Shown: positions 1 to 12,869 of the stretch, one piece after another
How positions within the stretch are numbered: position 1 is the first letter of the stretch
Layout: each line of letters begins with the position of its first letter
Assembly: GCA_036785375.1 (NCBI GenBank)
Contig: JAWMAR010000471.1
Coordinates: forward strand, 1,178,001 to 1,242,000
Direction of reading: 5' to 3'
Source of the DNA: Leucoraja ocellata
Taxonomy: Eukaryota
DNA: 64,000 nucleotides
Translations under genes and position numbers: made by a program
Notes under the pieces: model-generated
Databases searched by the model: none
What the model was told of the DNA's origin: nothing
What the model saw: the letters and a program-made list of their open reading frames with translations, nothing else

Positions 1-129
1 AATCCCTGTCACTCGGTAGCTCTGTTACCATCATCATTGATCCAAATATGTTAAGAACTATTATATTTCATCCATTGCGGTTATGGTGCTGGCGTCAGAA
101 CCAAAGATCCTATAGCGGAACAAATGGAT

Positions 130-3100
130 CACTCCTAATTTGGGGAAAGACATCCTTGCTCTGGAATGAGTGTCGCGTACGTTCAAGGTAATCCCCGGTA
201 TGGCGGGACTGTCATATGAGGAAAGGTGGGAAGGACTGGTCTTGTATTCACAGGAATTTAGAAGGATGAGAGGGCATCTTGCTGAAACAGAAAGAATCAT
301 AAAAGGACTGGTCAATCTAGATGCAGGAACAATGGTCCAAATGCTTGAGTGGCCCAGAACCAGAGTCCACAGTCGAAGATTAAAGGGGAGGGCATTTCAA
401 ACTCAGATGAAAAAACGATTTTTCATCCAGACAGTTGTGAGTTTCTGGAATGATTTGTCACAGAAGGCAGTGGAGGCAATTCATTGGATGGAATGAAAAG
501 AGAGCGAGATTGAGCTCTTGGGGCTGCGAGAATCAATAGGCAGGAGGAAAAGACAGGCCTTGGTTACAGATAGTGGATGAGCAGCCATGGTCAATGTGCA
601 TGGTCAACTGCGAGCGGGGTGCGAGGGGGGGGGGGCGGGAATACTGAGGTCAAATTATTTGAATGCGCGACGTATAAGAAATAAAGTGGACAAGCTTGAG
701 GCTCATTTAGAAATTGGCAAGTATGATGTTGTGGGAAATACTGAGACATGGCTGCAAGAGGGCCAGGGCTGGTAACTGAATATTCAATCGTATGCCTCAT
801 ATTGAAAAGGCAGACAGGTTCAAGTTCAAGTCAAGTTCAAGTGAGTTTATTGTAATGTGTCCCTGTATAGGACAATGAAACTCTTGCTTTGCTGAAGCAC
901 ACAGAACATAGTAGGCATTTACTACAAAACAGATAAATGTGTCCATATACATTGATCTAAATATATACACACATGAATAAATAAATGTTAAAGTGCAAAT
1001 AACAGAAAGTGGTTGTTAATACTCAGAGTTTTGTCCGAGCCAGGTTCAATAGCCTGATGGCTGAGGGGAATTAGCTATTCCTGAACCTGGTTGTTGCAGA
1101 CTTCAGGCTCCTGTACCTTCTACCTGAAGGTAGCAGGGAGATGAGTGTGTGGCCAGGATGGTGTGGGTCTTTGAAAATACTGCCAGCCTTTTTGAGGCAG
1201 CGACTGAGATAAAACCCCTCGATGGAAGGAAGGTCAGAGCCGATGATGGACTGGGCAGTGTTTACTCCTTTGTAAAGTAGTGTGGGCAGAGGGCGTGGGG
1301 TGAGTCTGTTGGTGAGGAATGAAATTCAGTCCCTTGCAAGGGGTAACATTGAAACAGGAGATGTGGAGTCATTATGGATAGAACTAAAGATTTATAAGGG
1401 TATAAAGACTTGGGCTCTTAGTGGGACTAATCTACCGGCCCCAAAAGGGTAGCCTGGGCATAAGGTGCGTTGAATCAGGAGTTAAAATTGGCATGTAGCA
1501 AAGGTAATGCTGTGGTTGTTATGGGAGATTTCAACATGTAGGTAGACTGGGAAAATCAGGTTAGTACTGGATCCCAAGAAAGGGACTTTGTACAGTGTCT
1601 TCATGATGGATTGTTTGAGCAGCTTATATTGGAGCCTACCAGGGAGAAGGCAATTTTGGAGTTAGTGTTATGTGATGAACTGGATTTGATAAAGGAACTC
1701 GAGGTTAATGAGCCATTAGAAGGAAGTGGCCATAATATGGTCAGGTTTAATATACAATGGGAGAGGGAGAAGGATAGGTCGGAGGAGTCAGGGTTACAGT
1801 TGAATAAAGGTTACTATCGTGCCATGAAGGAGGAACTGGCCAAAGTTGACTGTAAAGATACCCTAGCAAGCATGGATGACAGTGGAACAACAATGGCAGG
1901 TATTTCCAAGAATAATACAGAAGGTGCAGGATCAGTTCATTCCTTGGAGGAAGAAACATTCCAAGGACAATAGGGGGCGACCGTGGCTGACAAGTGACGT
2001 CAGGGACAGTATAAAAATAACAGAGAAGAAGTACAACGTAGCAAAGATGAGCGGGAAGCAAGAGGATTGGTTAATGTTTAAAGCGCAACAAAGGATAACT
2101 TAAAATACAATACGGGGGGAAAAGATGTGGTACGTAGCCATCTTTCTCCCCGTATTGTCTTTTTAGTTACCTTCTGTTGCGCTTTAAACATTACCCAACC
2201 CTCTTGCTAGCCAAGAATATAAAGGTGGATAGTAAAAGCTTCTTTAGGTATTAGGTGGAGAGGAAAAAATAGCTGAGACCAAAGTTGGACACTTGAAGGC
2301 CGAAAAAGTTGAATTTATTATGGGAACAAGGAAACGGCAGATGAGTTGAACAGGTACTTTGTATCTGTCTTCACTAAGGAGGACACAAACAATCTTCCTG
2401 ATATAGTAGTGGCCAGAGGATCTGTGGTGACGGAGGAACTGAAGGAAATCCACATTAGGCAGGACATTGTGTTGGGTAGACTGGTGGGTCCGAAGGCTGT
2501 TAAATCCCCAGTGCCTGATGATCTGCATCCTTGAGTACTTAAGGAAGTGGCTCTAGAAATCGTGGATGCATTAGTGATAATTTTACATTGTTCTATAGAT
2601 TCAGGGTCAGTTCCTGTGGATTGTACGGTAGCTAATGTTATCCCACATTTTAAGAAAGGCGGGAGAGAGAAAACTGGGAATTATAGACGAGTTAGCCTGG
2701 CATCGGTGGTGGGGAAGATGCTGGAGTCAATTATAAAGGATGAGTTAACCGCACATTTGAAAAGCAGTAACAGGATCGGCCCGAGTCAGCATGGATTTAC
2801 GAAGGGGAAATCATGCTTGACTAATCTTCTGGAATTTTTTGAGGATGTAACTAGGAAAATGGACAAGGCAGAGTCAGTGCATGTAGTGCATTTGAACTTT
2901 CAGAAAGCATAGGATAAGATCCCACAGGAGAACGGTGGGCAAAATTAGGGCACGCGGTATTGGGGGTAGAGTGCTGACATGGATAGAAAATTGGTTGGCA
3001 GACAAGAAACAAAGAGTTGGGATTAACGGGTCCCTTTTAGAATAGCAGGTAGTGACTAGTGGGGTACCGTAAGGCTCGGTGCTGAGACCGCAGCTATTTT

Positions 3101-5760
3101 CAATATACATCAATGATTTGGATGAAGGTATTCAAAGTAACATTGACAAATTTGCAGATGACACAAAGCTGGGTGGCAGTGTGGACTTTGAGGAGGGTGC
3201 TATGATAATGCAGGGTAACAGGGACAGATTGGGTGAGTGGGCAGATGCATGGCAGATGAAGTTTAAAGTGGATAATGTGAGGTTATCCACTTAGGTATCA
3301 AATACAAGAAGGCAGATTACAATCTAAATTGCGTCAAATTGGGAAAAGGGGTAGTACAACGGGATCCTTGTTCGTCAGTAAAAGTAAGCATGCAGGTAAT
3401 AATAATGTATTTTATTGTCATTGCACATAAGTGCAACGAGATTTGGTATGCAGCTTCCATCCGATATCATAACTGAAATAACTAATAACATTTAGATTTA
3501 GATACCCCGAGAACATGGTTTGTAAACATACATAGAAACATAGACACATAGAAATTAGGTGCAGGAGTGGGTCATTCGGCCCTTTAGCCTGCACCGCCAT
3601 TCAATATGATCATGTCTGATCATCCAACTCAGTATCCCGTACCTGCCTTCTCTCCATACCCCCTGATCCCCTTAGCCACAAGGGCCACATCTAACTCCCT
3701 CTTAAATATAGCCAATGAACTGGCCTCAACTACCCTCTGTGGCAGAGAGTTCCAGAGATTCACCACTCTCTGTGTGAAAAAAAGTTCTTCTCATCTCGGT
3801 TTTAAAGGATTTCCCCCTTATCCTTAAGCTGTGACCCCTTGTCCTGGACTTCCCTAACATCGGGAACAATCTTTCTGCATCTAGCCTGTCCAACCCCTTA
3901 AGAATTGTGTAAGTTTCTATAAGATCCCCTCTCAATCTCCTAAATTCTATAGAGTATAAACCAAGTATATCCAGTCTTTCTTCATAAGACAGTCCTGACA
4001 TCCCAGGAATCAGTCTGATGAACCGTCTCTGCACTCCCTCTATGGCAAAATGTCCTTCCTCAGATTTGGAGACCAAAACTGTACGCTATTTAAAAGGCAC
4101 ATTAAAACAGTAAAACAGTCAAAACAGACAAAACAGACCAAAGTGCAGACGTGTCTGTGCGACGTACATGTACAGCAGGCAGTGAAGAAAGCGAATCACA
4201 TGTTAGCCTTTATAACAAGTGGAATCGAGTAGAAGAGCAAATAGATCATTTTGCAGTTGTACAGGGCCCTAGTGAGACCACACCTGGATTATTGTGTGCA
4301 GTTTAGTTCCCCTAATTTGAGGAAGGACATTCTTGCTATTGAGGGAGTGCAACGTAGGATTACAGGGTTAATTCGCGGGATGGCGGGACTGTCATATGCT
4401 GAGAGAATGGAGCGGCTGGGCTTGTACACTCTGGAGTTTAGAAGGATGAGAAACACCTTTTCATATAGGGAGTTGTGAGTCTGTGGAATTCTCTGGAGTG
4501 CGCTGGAGGTCGGTTCTCTGGATACTTTCAACAGAGAGCCATATAGGGCTCTTGAAGGAAGCGGAGTCAGGGGATATGGGGAGTAGGCAGGATCGGGGTA
4601 CTGATTGGCGATGATCAGCCATGATCGCAATGAATGCAACCTCAAAGGGCCGAATGGCCGTCTCCTGCGCCTATTATCTATTGTCTATTGTCTATTGCTG
4701 ACTCGAAGGGCCATATACCCTCTTCCTGCAAATATTTTCTATGTTTCGATGTTTCTATTTAAAATCAGTACCCCGTTCCTGCTTTATCCCCATATTCCTT
4801 GTTTCCTTTAGCCCTAAGAGCTAAATCTAATTATCTCGTGGAATCTTGCAGTGAATCGGTCTCCACTGCCTTATGTGGTAGAGTATTCCATAGATTCACA
4901 ACTCTCTGGGTGAAACAGATTTTCCTCATCTCAATCCAAAGTTGTTTTGGGCCCTTGTGGGACCGCATTTGTGAGCGGTTTTGGTCTCCTAATTTGTGGA
5001 AGGACTTGATTGCTATTGAAGAAGTGCAGCGTCTGTTCTCCAGGTTAGTTCCCGCTCTGTCGGAACTGACATGTGATGAAAAAATGGGTTGAGTGTGCTT
5101 GTATTCACTGGAATTTAGAAGGATGTGAGGGCATCTTATAGAACATATAACATTCTTAAAGGATTGGATAGGCTAGAAGCATGAAACATGTTCCCGATGT
5201 TGGGGGATCCTAGAACAAGGGATCAAAGTTTAAGAATAAGGATAGGACATTTAGGACAGATGAGGGGAAATCTCTTTCACACAGAGAGCTGTAAATCTGT
5301 GGAATTATCTGCCACAGTATGGAGTGGAGGACACTTCACTGGATGTTTCAAGAAATATTTAGATTTAGCTCTTGGGGCTAAAGGAATCAAGGGATATGGG
5401 GAAAACACAAAAACGTGGTATTGATTTTAGATGATCAGCCATGATCACATTGAATGGCAGTGCTGGTTCGAAGGACCGAATGGCCGACTCCTGCATCGAA
5501 TGTTCTGTTTCTATGCGTCTAAATGGCCTACCACTTATTCGTAAACTGGGACCTCTGTTTCTGGACATTTTACCTGCATCTAACCGGTCCAATGGTGAGA
5601 GAATGGGGGCGGGTGGACTTGTATACTCTGAAATTCAGAAGGATGAGAGGGATTCTTATTGAAACATGTAAGATTATTAAGGCTTTGGACACGCTAGGGG
5701 CATGAGCCATGTTCCCGAAATTGGGGGAGTCCAGAATCACGGGCAAACTGTTTAAGAATA
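130..5760. mobile_element. Mosaic of degenerate CR1 LINE fragments (endonuclease-RT body ~640-3400 on +; 3' fragments on both strands)
   Basis: ORF pieces YLNARRIRNK, FKKGGREKTGNYR, QHGFTKGKSCLTNL, KFADDTKL, RRLRGDLIE; (GAAACATA)n tails. Confidence 0.93.
821..1272 (-). mobile_element. 3' fragment of a Rex1/Babar-like non-LTR element nested in CR1
   Basis: (CAAGT)n-type tail at the left end; minus strand encodes an 'FRNS-FPSAIRLLN'-like RT C-terminus; CR1 resumes on both sides. Confidence 0.6.
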
Positions 5761-5951
5761 AGGTGAATCTGAGTATTACATGGAAAACAGTAGATGTTTG
5801 TTCAAAAGTGTGTAAGTAATGTCCACAGGGATGTAATCTAGTTGCCTGTTTTCCCCTTTGTCTACATTATAAATATCCCAGATATTTGTTTGTTTCGCTG
5901 ACAACCGCTGAGCGGCAGCACAAGGAGGATCGCCTGGACCGTCGCATTAAA

Positions 5952-8215
5952 ATGTATTATGAGGAGATCGCGGATATAGAAAATGTGTATTACCCGATTC
6001 TGGCAGTAATCGGTATATCTGGTGGGTAATTGTCGGTACATATCATGGAGCTAACAAAGACTGTTTTAAACGAGCAGAATATTAAAGGTTAAGAGAACAT
6101 ACCGAATAACTAGCAGGCGTTAGGGCTGCACGGCGGCGCAGCGTTAGACCAACTGTCTTACAGCGGATGTCTGTGCGGAGTTTGTACCTTGTCCCCACAA
6201 CCTTTTAGGTTTTCCACCAGATCTTCGGTTACCTCCCAGGCTCCATAAAAGTAAAATACATTGTCCCTGGTGTGTGTCGGCTCGTGTTAGTGTGCGCGAT
6301 CGGCGCGGATTACGTGGGCTGTTTTCCTGTTTTCGCGCTGTATTCCTAATCTAAAATAAACTAAACAATGTACATTTTAGGAGCGAGGAAGCGCGATGGT
6401 GTATGTGATGGATGCCGCTCATTGGCGTTGGCAGGAATGTAGTTTCGCGGCTTTTTACTGAAATCAATGCCGGTAGGTGAAGCGAAACTTCGTCCTCGCT
6501 GTGAGTGGCAGTTTCTGTTCCACTGTGCGTACTGCACTCGGCAGAACGAGAAATACACCCCGTCCAGTAATTTGACACTGCATTTTCTGTATCGCTCCCA
6601 AATTCTCATAGGGATAATTTCGCAGAGACAGGTTTGAAGGTCGTACGTACAACGTGCTCCACAAAAAACGGCGCACAGATAAAATAAACTACAAGTGCAG
6701 CAATCGTGCTGTGACAACAAGGAACTGGTTAACTCAACCAGTCTTGCAGCGTCTCTGGAGGACCGACGCAGTCTACGTATCGGGTGGGGAATATTCTTCC
6801 GATCGGAGTCTAAAGGAGGGTCTCGAGGTGATGCGTCGCATATCTATGTCCTGCAGAGTTATTGCTTGCGCCACTGAGATTCTCCAGAACTTTTTCTTGT
6901 CAGGTACAGTACATAGGCCCGCCCGCTGTTCGGCAGAAAATATTTGCCCGTTATGTTGTTATCCATGTTCGTGAAGGGTGTTTGTAGTCATATTTGCTGC
7001 GCTTCACTGAATCTCGTTCCTTGGCCTCATGTTCGGAAAAACAGACCGCGTTAATACAGACCTCGATTGACTCAATGCCCCGACGCAAAGGTTGCTCACG
7101 TCTCAGCAATAAAAACGATACTGCGCATTTGAATCTACCGTTATAAAAATAAATCACATATTTGATATTGGGAGGATCCCCTGTTCATTCTGATTTGATC
7201 GACGGTAATTTGGATTGTTAATTTCAGTTTTAGATACATTGTCTGACCTGTTGAAAATGTTCTATATTTCTGTTTTCATTCTTTCCCAGTGAATCTGATG
7301 GCGATTGTGATCCTGTCCCGTGGCAAGTGCGGCCTCTCCAAGTGCATCACTCGTTACATGGTAGCCATGGCGACCGCGGACCTCTCCGTGATTCTCTGTG
7401 AGGTGATATTTCGCCGGATTGCTGAGATGTATTGGTGGCATGCTTCCTTGCCCTACACTCCTGTGTGTAAAATGACAATCTACCTGGCATCAGTCTCTGT
7501 GAATTGTTCGGTGTGGTTCACAGTCGCTTTCACATTTGATCGCTTTGTTGCGATTTCTACTCAGAGAATGAAAACCAAATATTGTACCGAGAGAACCGCG
7601 ACGATTGTTATCCTGACCGTGAGCCCGTTCGTCTGCCTCAAAAATCTACCCTTGCCCTTTGCATACACTTCTTTTTACGGAACGGGTAGAGAACGGGTAG
7701 CGGGCTGCCTGATACTCGTATATTTCTACGTTGATCCCGAATGGATAGTGTTCTCTTGGGCCGAACAGTTGTTCACCCCGGTGATTCCATTCTGCCTGAT
7801 TTTGTTGTTTAACGCGCTCACCGTCAGACGTATTTCCGTGGCCAGTCGGGTCCGCAGGAACCTCCGGGACCTCAGCGGTGGCGAGAAAAAGAAAGACCAG
7901 GAGATGGTGAACCGCAGACGGTCGGTCGTTTTACTTCTGGCAATCTCGAGCTGCTTCATCCTGCTCTGGGCCACAAGTGTTGCACAGTTTATTGCGGTTC
8001 GATGTTTGAATGTGTTTATGCACAAGGCCTGGGGAAACCCCTTGGGTGGATTGGAAAGGGTTGGATTGATGCTTCAGCTGCTGAGCTCCTGTACCAACAC
8101 GGCCATTTACACCGTGACCCAGAGCAAGTTCAGAGAGGAGCTGTTTCGTGTACTAACATATCCGATCATTTGCACTGGAAAAATATTTAAATCGGTAAAG
8201 TGTAAGTTAAAATAA
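5952..8215 (+). CDS. GPR139/GPR142-like orphan class A GPCR, copy 1; join(5952..6021,7290..8215), 331 aa
   Basis: Exon 1 MYYEEIADIENVYYPILAVIGIS ends in a phase-1 GT donor. Acceptor tttcccag precedes 7290. Seven hydrophobic segments, DRF at TM3, Cys in PVCK and ECL2, NTAIY at TM7. Confidence 0.92.
6120..6363 (+). mobile_element. Degenerate V-SINE/HE1-like SINE in the GPCR intron (mirror ~14722-14965; paralog ~32560-32800)
   Basis: ggagtttgtacct...ggttttcc...ctccc central domain and ctaaa-type tail. Confidence 0.65.
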
Positions 8216-8910
8216 TATAACAAAAACCAGTGACCAGCTGGGCTTAATGCGTTGCTTTGCTGTAGGGTTTATGTGGAAAGACAGCATTTAATGTGTGACA
8301 GTTTATGTCCATTCGCCCTGTCGGACACGCCCAGCTGCTTAGTAGGTTCATGGGCTCAATTGAGTCTCACCTCGTTTACGTATTCCCATGTGCCCCGTTC
8401 AAGCATTCAACTTCTGTGTTTTCACGAATATGTATACATATGCCTGGAACAAATTGTTTTCAAAACGAGTGAAGATTTTCAGTTGAATAGGTTCATCGTG
8501 TTGTTTGATGATTTCCTTTCATCATTGAAAACACGTATCATTGCTCATTGACGAGGTTTTCGGTTTGAAGAGAATCTGCTGTTTCAGCAGCGGATGATGT
8601 GGATTGTGCAAAGTTCATACAGATACCGTGATTAAAATACCTTCTGTATGCGGAAGACTTCTATCGAATGTAAAGCTATAGGCGAGGAGAGCCAGAAATA
8701 CAAAATCATGCGATGAATATATCGGTTAGATGCACAGAGTCGTTTGCCCAGAGAATCGACTTCCAGAGGACATAGGTTGAAGGAGAAGGGAACATATTTA
8801 ATATGAATCCGTGGGGAAATATTTTCATATAAAGGGTTGTGGGTGTACGGGACAAGCTGCCACTGGAGCTACTCGAGGCTGGGACTATCCCATCGTTTAA
8901 GAAATAGTTA

Positions 8911-11114
8911 TAAACCGATGGCAAGAATTTTAACTAATAACATGTTATCTCAATAATTTCAACTATCAAGGGGTAATAGGCAGGGATGTGCACTATCACC
9001 CCTGCTATTTGCCCTTATGATAGAACCCCTGGCTGAAAGTATAAGAATTCATCCGAATATTCAGGGCTATAATACCAGGGACTCAAAGAATAAAATCTCA
9101 TTATATGCAGACGATATACTTTTATATATTACAAAGTCACAAACGAGCATACTAAATTTATTAAACTTAATAGAGGAATTTGGGTCTTTTTCTGGATATA
9201 GAATAAACTGGAACAAAAGCGAAATCATGACATTAAAACCTCAAGAACCTATACACTTGTTGAAGTTCCCCTTTAAAATCGCAACAGAAAAATTTAAATA
9301 TTTGGGTATTCAGATTACTAGAAAATATAAAGCATTATTCAATGCTAATTTCATACCTTTTTTAAATAAACTTAATACACGGATTAAATTTTGGAAAACA
9401 ACTTCCCTTATCATTATTAGGTAGAATAAATGCAATAAAAATGATCTTCCTACCACAATTAGAATACCTATTTCAGTCTATACCGGTATATATACCAAAA
9501 TATTTTTTTTTTTAAATTAGACTCTAACATTACAAATTATATTTGGGACTATAAATCACATAGAATCACAAAAAACACTTATGTAAACCAAAAGAGGTCG
9601 GGGGAATTTCACTTCCGAATTTTATGTATTATTACTGGGCAGTGCATATTAAGAATATGATTTATTGGTTGGATAGTTCTACCCAACAGACAGAATGGAT
9701 AAAAATGGAGAAGGAGGATTGCCATCCTTGTAATATAGGAACGATCCTCTTTCCCCCCAAAAAACTGAATAACACAATATATAAGAAGAACCCAATTATA
9801 TATGGTACAATAAGAATTTGGAAACAAATAAAATTATCTTTAAAATTAAGAAATCTATCACTGTTAATGCCAATAGCGAACAATCCTTTATATAAACCAT
9901 CTCTTATTGATAAGACATATAACCAATGGGAAAGTCTCGGAATTAGAAGGATCAGGGATATGTACGAAATGGGAAACCTGCTATCATTCCAACAACTACA
10001 ATTAAAATTTAAATTGAAAAACAACCAATATTTTAAATATCTTCAGATTTGCGACTTTGTGAAAAAATATATACAAGGATATCAAAAAGTAACTCCTGAC
10101 TTATTGGAAGAAGCAATGAATATTGAAGCTGACTCACAAAAAATAATATCCTATTTATATAATAGTATTCTAAATATAGACCTACCATCGACAGAGGTTC
10201 TTAGAGAAGAGTGGGAACGGGAATTAATGATAAAAATTACGAAGGTTAAATGGGAAAAATACCTGATATATAATCACAAATGTTCAATTAATGTAAGACA
10301 TAATCTAAATCAATTTAAAATTGTACATAGATTATATTATTCAAAAACAAGATTGAACAAATTTTATCCAAATATATCCGCCACTTGTGATAAATGTCTA
10401 GCCCAAAAGGCAACTATAACACACTCCTTAGTTTCCTGCATAAAACTTTATAGATTTTGGAATGATATTTTTGAAATACTTACAAAATTATTCAAGACAA
10501 GAATGGAACCTAATACTGAAATGATTATATTTTGGTGTAATGGAAGATGGGAATAAATTGAACACATCTCAAAATCTATTTCTTAACCATGGTTTAATAA
10601 TAGCAAAAAAATTAATACTTAAATTTTGGAAGGGTACATCAATACCAACGCTTAAAATGTGGATTGCAAGTATGTTGGACACCGCTCATCTTGAAGAAAT
10701 GCGATTCCTCCTAATGGATAAATCAGACCAATTCATAACGAGTTGGTCTCCATTCGTCGTTTTTTTGGAATCATATGGTGCAACACAATTGTAAAAAATA
10801 ACTGTTTCAGGACTGGACGAGGGTTGGTCAAGATTATAAATAATGATCTCCTTTTCTTTTTTATTTGATTTTCTTCTCACTAATTTTCTCTCTCAACTTT
10901 CTTCATTTACTCGTATTCTTTCTTCACACACTATATATTTCACATCTTTCTATCCTTTACTATCTAACTTCTTTTTCTTATTCTCATCTTTTTTCAATGT
11001 AACAAAAAAAAAAAGAAGTTGTACATAAAATGTATTATGAAAATATATATCAGGCACTTTGGTGCCATATGACTGTACTTACTTCTAATAAAATAAAATA
11101 TTAAAAAAAAAAAA
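8911..11114 (+). mobile_element. 5'-truncated L1-clade LINE (RT C-half and Cys-rich C-terminus), frameshifted
   Basis: ISLYADDILL, FSGYRINWNKS, FKYLGI, CDKC..H..C motifs; AATAAA plus poly-A; TSD aaatagtta at 8902-8910 and 11115-11123. Confidence 0.93.
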
Positions 11115-11545
11115 AAATAGTTAGACGGGTACATGGATAGGAGAGATTTGGAGGGATATGTACCAAGCGCAGGCAAGTGGGACTAGTGTATCTGGGATAT
11201 TGTTGGCCGGTGTGGGCGAGTTGAGACAAGCGGTCTGTTTCCGCACTGTATCACTCTATGACCCTGTGATTGTATGATCCTATGTACGGTAACAAATCAA
11301 TTTCCGCATTTGCCTTCACGTTCTTCCGGTGGGCAAACATTTTAACATCTCTTCCCATTCCCATATGAACCTTTCTGTCGTTGTCCTCCTCAACTGATCG
11401 AGCGAGGCCACGCCAAAAAATGGAGGAAAAAATGGAGGAACAGCATCTCGTATGTCGCTTGACTCCCTGAGAGAAAACGGTGAATTACAGACCAGTTAGT
11501 CTAACATCGGTAGTGGGGGAAACTGCTTGAAACGTTATTAAAGAT

Positions 11546-11745
11546 NNNNNNNNNNNNNNNNNNNNNNNNNNNNNNNNNNNNNNNNNNNNNNNNNNNNNNN
11601 NNNNNNNNNNNNNNNNNNNNNNNNNNNNNNNNNNNNNNNNNNNNNNNNNNNNNNNNNNNNNNNNNNNNNNNNNNNNNNNNNNNNNNNNNNNNNNNNNNNN
11701 NNNNNNNNNNNNNNNNNNNNNNNNNNNNNNNNNNNNNNNNNNNNN
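11546..11745. other. Assembly gap (200 N) at the inversion junction
   Basis: Run of Ns. Confidence 0.99.
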
Positions 11746-12869
11746 AATAATGCTTTATATTTTCTAGTAATCTGAATACCCAAATATTTAAATTTTTCTG
11801 TTGCGATTTTAAAGGGGAACTTCAACAAGTGTATAGGTTCTTGAGGTTTTAATGTCATGATTTCGCTTTTGTTCCAGTTTATTCTATATCCAGAAAAAGA
11901 CCCAAATTCCTCTATTAAGTTTAATAAATTTAGTATGCTCGTTTGTGACTTTGTAATATATAAAAGTATATCGTCTGCATATAATGAGATTTTATTCTTT
12001 GAGTCCCTGGTATTATAGCCCTGAATATTCGGATGAATTCTTATACTTTCAGCCAGGGGTTCTATCATAAGGGCAAATAGCAGGGGTGATAGTGCACATC
12101 CCTGCCTATTACCCCTTGATAGTTGAAATTATTGAGATAACATGTTATTAGTTAAAATTCTTGCCATCGGTTTATAACTATTTCTTAAACGATGGGATAG
12201 TCCCAGCCTCGAGTAGCTCCAGTGGCAGCTTGTCCCGTACACCCACAACCCTTTATATGAAAATATTTCCCCACGGATTCATATTAAATATGTTCCCTTC
12301 TCCTTCAACCTATGTCCTCTGGAAGTCGATTCTCTGGGCAAACGACTCTGTGCATCTAACCGATATATTCATCGCATGATTTTGTATTTCTGGCTCTCCT
12401 CGCCTATAGCTTTACATTCGATAGAAGTCTTCCGCATACAGAAGGTATTTTAATCACGGTATCTGTATGAACTTTGCACAATCCACATCATCCGCTGCTG
12501 AAACAGCAGATTCTCTTCAAACCGAAAACCTCGTCAATGAGCAATGATACGTGTTTTCAATGATGAAAGGAAATCATCAAACAACACGATGAACCTATTC
12601 AACTGAAAATCTTCACTCGTTTTGAAAACAATTTGTTCCAGGCATATGTATACATATTCGTGAAAACACAGAAGTTGAATGCTTGAACGGGGCACATGGG
12701 AATACGTAAACGAGGTGAGACTCAATTGAGCCCATGAACCTACTAAGCAGCTGGGCGTGTCCGACAGGGCGAATGGACATAAACTGTCACACATTAAATG
12801 CTGTCTTTCCACATAAACCCTACAGCAAAGCAACGCATTAAGCCCAGCTGGTCACTGGTTTTTGTTATA

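Larger units (their letters stand above)
1..9339 (+). repeat. Left arm of a ~9.3-kb inverted duplication (mirror of 11746-21092)
   Basis: The ORF track is mirrored with coordinate sum 21085 (e.g. 7289..8215+ and 12870..13796-). Only scattered SNPs and indels separate the arms. The arm runs to the window edge. Confidence 0.97.

Noticed and set aside
6351-7157. Cluster of short ORFs in the GPCR intron
   Set aside because: No recognisable protein; frames are not conserved in copy 3 and the region is deleted in copy 4.
8252-8551. 99-aa ORF downstream of the GPCR, with similar ORFs near other copies
   Set aside because: 3' flank sequence with a non-ATG start and frame differences between paralogs.
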